From Candidatus Aenigmatarchaeota archaeon (GTDB taxonomy: Archaea; Aenigmatarchaeota; Aenigmatarchaeia; GW2011-AR5): a stretch of 64,000 bases of DNA. Position numbers and translations under genes: made by a program. The DNA lies in contig JACPRW010000006.1 in the NCBI GenBank assembly GCA_016193585.1, positions 293 to 64,292 of the forward strand, read 5' to 3'. Shown one piece after another: positions 57,700 to 64,000 of this stretch (positions within the stretch are counted from its first letter, which is position 1; every line of letters starts with the position of its first letter). The notes under the pieces are model-generated. The model ran no database searches. It was not told the origin of the DNA and was given only the letters and a program-made list of their open reading frames with translations.

Positions 57700-57795
57700 T
57701 TCTTATAGCAGATTGTAATAATAATGGAACTTTTTACCACAATCTGCTATAGGGAAAGAACATTGTAAAATGTTCCAAAATCAATGTTCTTTACT
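57700..57795. repeat. Palindromic MITE, family R1
   Basis: See 10570-10672. Confidence 0.8.
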
Positions 57796-57978
57796 ATTAA
57801 TTGCAATAATTCCGATCTGTTCAAGTATCTTTGCTTCTGCGAGAACAAGTGTGCCAAACCGGCGCGCAGTGCGCGCCATTTCGCTTCTTGTCCACGCATA
57901 CCTTTTTCCTGTGCGGGACTCTTACTTCTCGCATCACTGGCAGGTATGCATGAATATGCTAGATTCGGGGGAACGGAT

Positions 57979-58287
57979 TTAAAGGTTGTCGGTTTCGTCG
58001 TCTGCAGGCTGTTTCCACTGGCAGCACATGCGCCGGATACCCTCTGCATACCTTAGTGACACATCGAGGCACGGCGGACATTGCGTCGATGACTTGTCAT
58101 AGGTTATATCGTTCCATCTGCCGTACGTCTGCTCGATTTGTGTTCTGGGAAAAAAACCGATGTGGAGCTCGGGATGCTGCATCCTGCTCCCGAGTTCCTT
58201 TACAAGGCGGTACATGGCATCAGGGCATGGTTCCATGTTCCCGTCAGGGGTATACCGGCCGATGCAGTTGAGCGCCTGGAGCTTCAT
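57979..58287 (-). CDS. Small Cys-rich protein, paralog of 58284-58529
   Basis: Shared pattern MKL.A..C.GR..PDG....CP..MY....GRWNDIT....CP.C; start trimmed to MKLQALNC. Confidence 0.5.
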   Translation of the reverse strand: MKLQALNCIGRYTPDGNMEPCPDAMYRLVKELGSRMQHPELHIGFFPRTQIEQTYGRWNDITYDKSSTQCPPCLDVSLRYAEGIRRMCCQWKQPADDETDNL

Positions 58288-58529
58288 AGCTTTCCCTCTG
58301 CTCTCTGCTGATAATACGCGAAGCATGCAGGGCACACCGTATGCGACCCTGTGTCAGTGATGTCGTTCCACCGTCCTATCTCGCGGATTTGGGCACCACG
58401 GTAAAATTCGTCGGATGTTCCCTCCGCCCCGCTGCGCATCTTGCTGAGCCAATACATGTCACCGGGGCATGCAAGTTGCGTGCCGTCCGGCAGCGCCCTG
58501 CCCATGCAGGGGAATGCATAGAGTTTCAT
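58284..58529 (-). CDS. Small Cys-rich protein, paralog of 57979-58287
   Basis: As above; stop overlaps paralog start (ATGA). Confidence 0.5.
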   Translation of the reverse strand: MKLYAFPCMGRALPDGTQLACPGDMYWLSKMRSGAEGTSDEFYRGAQIREIGRWNDITDTGSHTVCPACFAYYQQRAEGKL

Positions 58530-58564
58530 GAGTACGTGAATGACCGGAAAGGATTAAAAAGAAT

Positions 58565-58885
58565 TTACTCCTTCAGTATCTCCGCGAGCCGCTCGGAGAA
58601 GAAGGCGCGGCTGACCACCATACAGCCCGCCTGCTGCGCCTGCTGCCGGAGTTCGGTGTTCGCGTGCGAGAGGAAGCCGATGACCTGCGCACCGCGCGCT
58701 TTCAGGGAAGGAACCATGGCTATAGTGCCGGGGAACGTTTCGAGGTCGATGACGGCAAGCTGCGCTTCCTTTGCTTTCTCTACCAGGTCATGTTCGTTGC
58801 AGAACGTTACCCTGCTGTTCACGTACTTGGCGATGCCGTCTATCTTCGCCTGAAAGTACAGGTCAACGCATGCAACAACGCGCAT
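58565..58885 (-). CDS. Hypothetical Rossmann-like small protein
   Basis: 106 aa; MRVVACVDLYF beta-alpha start. Confidence 0.35.
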   Translation of the reverse strand: MRVVACVDLYFQAKIDGIAKYVNSRVTFCNEHDLVEKAKEAQLAVIDLETFPGTIAMVPSLKARGAQVIGFLSHANTELRQQAQQAGCMVVSRAFFSERLAEILKE

Positions 58886-58973
58886 AGAAGCACCTGCTTC
58901 TACTGGGGAACGAAAGGATTAATATGGCAGCCATCCCAGCAGTATCGATGAAGTGGAAGATGTAATGGGTTCG

Positions 58974-59804
58974 TTAGTAGATTGCCGTTGTGCATGAGAG
59001 AAGCGGCTTGCGGTCCACCATAGCGACCCAGCCAGCGTCGCTCAGGTGCGCATCCCACAGTTCTCCGTAGTCTCGTTCATCAACCTGCTTGGGGTAGCGG
59101 ATGACCCTGGTGATTCCGGGGCCCACAGCCGTGACAGTAAAGTTGTCGTCACCATCGCCAGCGATCGAATAGGCAGTACCATTGTGCGTGAACGGCAGTT
59201 CTTTTCTTTTATTGTTCATCCAGACCGTGCCCCAGACATCATCGCCTTTTAGTTCCGCGTATACGACAAGATGGTCCAGTGCATTGTCCCACGCCTCAAG
59301 AAAAGGGAAGAACGCCGACTCCCGCATTCGCCGGTACGTTACCGTTACGTCACCTCTTCCGTACAGAAACGGAGGGCTCAAAAGTTTCAAGCAGGTTTCC
59401 GGCGTTCCGGCATCCTGCACGAGCGTCCCGCGGTCGCAGCCGCCCCATGCGCTTACCGAGAAATTCTGCTTGCATTCGAAACCTCCGTAATTTCTAGGCG
59501 GGTTCAATTCATAGCCCACGATATGCTTGCCAACAAGAACAGAACTGAGGGTTTCGGGAGCCCCGCCGTTTCGTGTGCTTGCAACCGGATGCTCTATTTT
59601 AACTCCGCGCAATTCCCTGTCCGGCGACAGGACAAGGGACACATCCCTGAAGTAGCCGTCCGGCCATCTCGGTTTCGGTTCTATCACTTTCAGTTCGACG
59701 AGGATGACGCCGTCAGAAGCCCGTTCAGTGAGCGTGCAGCCCTTGCTGCTCAAATCGTCCAGAAAGCCTGCGAAGCCGTAGTCAGGCTGTTTGATTACCA
59801 ACAT
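58974..59804 (-). CDS. Hypothetical protein
   Basis: 276-aa ORF. Confidence 0.4.
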   Translation of the reverse strand: MLVIKQPDYGFAGFLDDLSSKGCTLTERASDGVILVELKVIEPKPRWPDGYFRDVSLVLSPDRELRGVKIEHPVASTRNGGAPETLSSVLVGKHIVGYELNPPRNYGGFECKQNFSVSAWGGCDRGTLVQDAGTPETCLKLLSPPFLYGRGDVTVTYRRMRESAFFPFLEAWDNALDHLVVYAELKGDDVWGTVWMNNKRKELPFTHNGTAYSIAGDGDDNFTVTAVGPGITRVIRYPKQVDERDYGELWDAHLSDAGWVAMVDRKPLLSCTTAIY

Positions 59805-59895
59805 GTTGCCATCGGATAACGCCTAGCGGGTACGTATTTAAACACGTTCAACGCTGCTTCGTCACGCCCTTCTTCGGGCATACTTCTGTTCAGCA

Positions 59896-60234
59896 TCAAC
59901 TTCTTTGAACAAGTTTCAGAATTTCTTCTACGAGTAAATCGAATGTCTTGTCATCAAGCCGTGCAAATGACTTGATAACAAGCCCCTTTTCCATTTGAAG
60001 TATCTTGTCGGCACGCACGCGGGATTTTATAGGCAAATCTCCTTTTGAAAGGTTCTTGTTATCGATCAAAATGCTATACTGCTTCCCTTCAAGCTTTGAT
60101 GTAATAGCACACACTATGATATCGCTGCTTCCCTTGTTATATTCGCTGTTTGAAACGACAACAGCTGGCCTTACCTTACTTTCCCTGAAGTTTGAAAAAG
60201 GCAGCCTGACCCAGACCAAATCCTGCTGGTTCAC
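59896..60234 (-). CDS. mazF: MazF/PemK-family toxin (mRNA interferase)
   Basis: VWVRLPFSNFRESKVRPAVVVS pattern. Confidence 0.75.
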   Translation of the reverse strand: MNQQDLVWVRLPFSNFRESKVRPAVVVSNSEYNKGSSDIIVCAITSKLEGKQYSILIDNKNLSKGDLPIKSRVRADKILQMEKGLVIKSFARLDDKTFDLLVEEILKLVQRS

Positions 60235-60506
60235 TTGCTCCCCTCTCTGTATATTTTATCCCAGATAGCGTCTTCCTTACCCCAGGCTCTTTTCATCGTA
60301 CCTCTGGACAAGGATTTCCAGAATTTATCTTCGTCGTATACTGCTTCCAGAACGTCCGCTTCCCTTTTCAGCACTATTTCATCCGTTCTCTCTATCAATA
60401 CCAGAGTCGATGCTTCACTGATTCCGAAGTCTTTTCTAATGTCATCTGGAATAACTATCTGCCCGCGCCCATTTACACTAACGGTTCTTATTTTCCTATT
60501 ATTCAT
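60231..60506 (-). CDS. mazE: MazE/AbrB-like antitoxin
   Basis: VSVNGRGQIVIPDDIRKDFGI swapped-hairpin motif; 4-nt overlap with mazF. Confidence 0.65.
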   Translation of the reverse strand: MNNRKIRTVSVNGRGQIVIPDDIRKDFGISEASTLVLIERTDEIVLKREADVLEAVYDEDKFWKSLSRGTMKRAWGKEDAIWDKIYREGSK

Positions 60507-60541
60507 ACTATTCACCTTAATCTGATTATTATGATAATTAC

Positions 60542-61216
60542 TTAAAGCTTCTTCGTCACGCCCTGCTTCGGGCATGTTTTGTTGAGGAAGCATTGGGAAC
60601 ATTGCGGCACCGGCGCCCTGCACACTGCCCTGCCGTGGTCCTTGAGCAGGTACGGAACCTTTTTCCAGTCCACCTTCGGCACCAGCTGCATGAGGTCCTG
60701 CTCAATTTTGTCTGGATTGGTGTTCTTCGTCCAGCCCAAGCGATAACTGAGCCTGATGACGTGCGTGTCGCACGGTATGCCCTCGACTATGTCAAAGCCG
60801 TTGATGAGGATGGTGTTCGCGGTCTTCCTGCCGATGCCCGGCAGCTCGGTCAACGCTTCCATTGTGTTTGGCACCTTTCCGCCGTGCTTCTCGACAAGAA
60901 TCGTGCACGCTGCCTTGATGTTTTTTGCTTTGTTCCCTGCGAATGACACATTTTTTATGTGGCCGATCAATTCCTTGATGTCTGCCTCTGCATAGTCCTT
61001 GGCAGTTTTATACCGCCTGAAGAGCGCCGGCGTTGCTGCATTGACGACTTCATCACGCACCTGCGCCGACAGGATGGCAGCGACCATGAGCTCAAGCGGG
61101 TTCGAGAAATCGAGATAGTAGTGTGCGTGCGGGTAGTGCCTTTTCAGCAGATGAAGCTGCTCCTGTACGGGTGCCGGCATGAGTATATTGTGCCGCCAGC
61201 CTAGATAAGCCTGCAA
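60542..61216 (-). CDS. nth: Endonuclease III (Nth) with 4Fe-4S cluster
   Basis: HhH-GPD motifs, LPGIGRKTA, C-terminal C-x6-C-x2-C-x5-C. Confidence 0.85.
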   Translation of the reverse strand: MQAYLGWRHNILMPAPVQEQLHLLKRHYPHAHYYLDFSNPLELMVAAILSAQVRDEVVNAATPALFRRYKTAKDYAEADIKELIGHIKNVSFAGNKAKNIKAACTILVEKHGGKVPNTMEALTELPGIGRKTANTILINGFDIVEGIPCDTHVIRLSYRLGWTKNTNPDKIEQDLMQLVPKVDWKKVPYLLKDHGRAVCRAPVPQCSQCFLNKTCPKQGVTKKL

Positions 61217-61307
61217 TAAGGTGGCGGCAGGCTTCTAATCCCCACTACGTGCCACGCGTGCGCCGGTACAAAAGCTTTTTTAAGAGTTCTGGGGGAATGT
61301 TCAGCTT

Positions 61308-63839
61308 ATGAAAAGCCTCAGGCTTCCAGCCTTCATAAAGCCGATGCATTACAGCCTTTTTTTTGACATCGACCTGAAGCAGTGCGCATTTGCCGGAAAG
61401 GAAACGATTGACATTGAGATTACCAAACCGACAAAGGCAATTGTTGTGCATGCTTCCGGGCTGAACATACAAAGCGCCCTGCTTGTTCACGGCGGCGAAA
61501 GGAAAAAGCCAAAGACGACCGTGCACGCCCGGCAGGAAACAGTGACCCTGCAGCTAAACACCGCAGTGAAAGGCAAGGCACAGCTCTGCATCGAATTCAC
61601 CGGCAGGCTCAACGATGACCTGCTCGGCTTCTACCGGAGCGCGTACGTGAAAGACGGGAAGAAATGCTACCTGGCGACGACGCAGTTCGAGGCGCCGTAC
61701 GCGCGCAGGGCGTTCCCGTGTTTCGACGAGCCCGAATTGAAGGCGACGTTTGACGTTTCGCTCGCTACCGACAGGAACCTGCAGGCGCTGTCCAACATGC
61801 CGGTGAGGAGCGAAGTTGTCGATGGCGACAGGAAAATTGTCGCATTCGAAAGGACGCCGCGGATGTCAACCTACCTGCTCTACATGGCAGCCGGCGAGTT
61901 CGAATTTCTCGAAGGCAGCAGCCGCGGAACGAAGATGCGCATCGTGACGCTGCCTGGAAAAAAGGAACAGGCAGCATTCGCGCTCGACATAGCAAAAAAG
62001 TTCCTTGGTTATTTCGAAGATTACTCAGGCATACGGTACCCGCTGCCGAAGCTGGACATGATAGCCTTGCCTGACTTCGCGGCAGGCGCGATGGAGAACT
62101 GGGGCGCAATCACGTACCGCGAGGTCTACCTTCTGTTCGATCCTTCCATGACATCCACGGCAATCAAGCAGCGCATAGCCATGATCATCGCCCACGAGCT
62201 GTGGCACATGTGGTCCGGCGACCTCGTCACCATGGAATGGTGGGATGACCTGTGGCTCAACGAGAGCTTTGCGACATACATGGCGTATAAGGCGGTCGAT
62301 CATTTCTTCCCTGAATGGCGGCTGTGGAACGACTTCATCAGGGACGAGATGGAGCGGGCGTTCGACGACGACTCGCTCAAGACAACGCACCCGGTTGCAG
62401 TTTCGGTGAAAGACCCGCACCAGATAGAGGAGATATTCGATGCCATTAGCTATGCAAAGGGCGGCAGCGTTCTCAGGATGCTCGAGCGCTACGTTGGCGA
62501 GAAGCAGTTCAGGAGCGGCGTGAGCGCGTACCTCAAGAAGCATCAGTACGGCAATGCGACGTCCGAGAACTTGTGGGATGCGCTTGCCGAAGCCTCGGAA
62601 AAGCCGATCAGAAAGGTGGCTATGCACTGGATAAAGCAGGCGGGCCATCCCCTCATCGAGGTCAGCAGAAACAAGAACCTGCTGCTGAGGCAGCGGCAGT
62701 TTGTTTTCGGCAAGGCCAGCCGTAGCACGTGGTCGATTCCGTTGCTCATAAAGTCCGGCAGCGCGGTAACGAGCGGACTTTTCGAGGGCGCGAAAAAGGG
62801 ATTGCCTGCGACCGACAGCTGGTGCAAGGTGAATTACGGCCAGGCTGGCTTTTATCGCGTGCAATACAGCGACGACCTCATGGAACAGCTCGCAGCAGCG
62901 TGCACGCAACTTCCGGTTGCCGACCGGTGGGGCCTGCAGAGCGACCTGTTCAGCCTCTGCATGAACGGCGATGTCGGCATCGATTCATACTTCAGATTCA
63001 TTGCAGCATATGGCCAGGAGCGCGAGTATCTTGTGCTGAGCAGCCTGTATGGAAGCATGAAAAGCATCTGGTACGTCTTTTTCCATGAAAAATTCTGGAA
63101 GGAAACCTGGCCTGCTTTCAAGAAGCTGCACGATACGGCATTCAGGAGCGCATTGGACAGGCTCGGCTGGGATCCTCGCCAAGGGGAAAGCAAACAGGAC
63201 GCGCTGCTCCGCGACCTCGCCCTGCGCTATCTCGGCTTTGCCGAAGACAGCGGCGTCATCACGCAAGCCAACGAAAAATTTGAGGCGTACCGGACCAACA
63301 AGGCGAAGCTCCATCCTGACATAAAGGCGTCTGTATTCATTACAGTTGCTGCACAGGGAAACGAGGAAACGTATGAGTGCATGCTCAGTCTGTATCGTGA
63401 ATTCCGCAGCCCTGAGGAAGCACGAACCATTTTGGTCTCTCTGGGGCAGTTCAGGAACGAGCGCCTGCTGCAGAAAACGCTTGATTTTGCGGTCAGCGCT
63501 GAAGTCCGGACGCAGGACGTGCCCATCGTATTCGCTTCGGTCGCGGCGAACCCGCTCTCGCGGCGCATCCTTCTGCCATGGGTGAAGAAAAACTGGAAGA
63601 AACTTGAGCGATACAAGAAGAGCGGCAAGATTTTTATCCACCTGCTCGAGACGCTCATCGGTTCACGTGCGAGCAGGGAAGAAGAGCGTGAATTGCGCAG
63701 CTTCTTTAAAACGCATCCACTCGCCTATCGGATGACGCTTGCCCGCTCGTTCGAGCGCCTGAAGCGGACCATCGCATGGCGTGAGAAGAACAGAAAAGCA
63801 CTTGCCGCGTACTTTCTTGCCGGTGCAACTAATGCTTAA
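61308..63839 (+). CDS. pepN: M1-family aminopeptidase N
   Basis: GAMENWG exopeptidase motif, HELWHMW...WLNESFA (HExxH-x18-E). Confidence 0.9.
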   Translation: MKSLRLPAFIKPMHYSLFFDIDLKQCAFAGKETIDIEITKPTKAIVVHASGLNIQSALLVHGGERKKPKTTVHARQETVTLQLNTAVKGKAQLCIEFTGRLNDDLLGFYRSAYVKDGKKCYLATTQFEAPYARRAFPCFDEPELKATFDVSLATDRNLQALSNMPVRSEVVDGDRKIVAFERTPRMSTYLLYMAAGEFEFLEGSSRGTKMRIVTLPGKKEQAAFALDIAKKFLGYFEDYSGIRYPLPKLDMIALPDFAAGAMENWGAITYREVYLLFDPSMTSTAIKQRIAMIIAHELWHMWSGDLVTMEWWDDLWLNESFATYMAYKAVDHFFPEWRLWNDFIRDEMERAFDDDSLKTTHPVAVSVKDPHQIEEIFDAISYAKGGSVLRMLERYVGEKQFRSGVSAYLKKHQYGNATSENLWDALAEASEKPIRKVAMHWIKQAGHPLIEVSRNKNLLLRQRQFVFGKASRSTWSIPLLIKSGSAVTSGLFEGAKKGLPATDSWCKVNYGQAGFYRVQYSDDLMEQLAAACTQLPVADRWGLQSDLFSLCMNGDVGIDSYFRFIAAYGQEREYLVLSSLYGSMKSIWYVFFHEKFWKETWPAFKKLHDTAFRSALDRLGWDPRQGESKQDALLRDLALRYLGFAEDSGVITQANEKFEAYRTNKAKLHPDIKASVFITVAAQGNEETYECMLSLYREFRSPEEARTILVSLGQFRNERLLQKTLDFAVSAEVRTQDVPIVFASVAANPLSRRILLPWVKKNWKKLERYKKSGKIFIHLLETLIGSRASREEERELRSFFKTHPLAYRMTLARSFERLKRTIAWREKNRKALAAYFLAGATNA

Positions 63840-64000
63840 ATAAATGCTTAAATAACTGTGCCATAAAGTGAGTGCCATTAGAAAATATACAGCAGCGGAA
63901 GTAAGGCTGGTAGCTGTCCAGATATACGGGGAAATGAGACATGCTCTGGGAAATAACCCATTCCTGATTAATGAATTGGTGCGGTACCAATTGGATTATT

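Noticed and set aside
50-57795. Possible CRISPR array because of many short repeats
   Set aside because: Repeats are individually palindromic, belong to several unrelated families, occur in both orientations and are not regularly spaced direct repeats separated by unique spacers. No cas genes.

Overview
Archaeal chromosomal segment, about 56% GC, with archaeal-type informational genes and no rRNA or tRNA that I could find. Genes are dense on both strands.

Conserved core genes:
- Transcription and translation: rpoE'/rpo7, spt4, ribosomal proteins S24e and S27ae, archaeal/eukaryotic-type GluRS, DRG-like GTPase.
- tRNA/RNA modification and repair: Kae1, Sua5/YrdC, RtcB, RNase Z-like MBL protein, HemK-like methyltransferase.
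- DNA repair: Y-family polymerase DinB/Dbh, two HhH-GPD glycosylases (one a 4Fe-4S EndoIII).
- Other housekeeping: inorganic pyrophosphatase, NAD kinase, RibL-like nucleotidyltransferase, M1 aminopeptidase N, M42 TET peptidase.
- An amino-acid/organic-acid catabolic block: class-III aminotransferase, glutamate dehydrogenase, fumarase/aspartase, two aldehyde dehydrogenases, a TPP-dependent ALS-like enzyme, and both subunits of ADP-forming acetyl-CoA synthetase.
- Regulators and membrane proteins: TrmB, a CheY-like receiver, MscS, MgtC, Yip1, DUF1512.

Accessory content:
- (a) Several toxin-antitoxin modules: aRelE, an RHH-ParE pair directly followed by a PIN gene, MazEF, and an AbrB-nucleotidyltransferase fusion.
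- (b) A surface/secretome locus at 22.2-30.4 kb, dominated by a 1974-aa signal-peptide protein. It combines a GH-A-like TIM barrel, poly-Pro linkers, Cys-rich modules, two HExxH zincin-like domains, CarboxypepD_reg-like and Ig-like domains, and a C-terminal parallel beta-helix.
- (c) An unusually dense, diverse population of short palindromic hairpin repeats with TATAG/CTATA flanks (more than 30 copies, 45-170 bp, often nested). Three filled-site versus empty-site comparisons reconstruct precise insertions with a 2-bp TA target duplication and TAG...CTA element ends. One copy interrupts an IS1595-family transposase gene in frame. A separate 133-bp element has 13-bp terminal inverted repeats and a perfect 8-bp target duplication.

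No CRISPR array was detected. Functional assignments are from motif recognition by eye and need homology searches to confirm.
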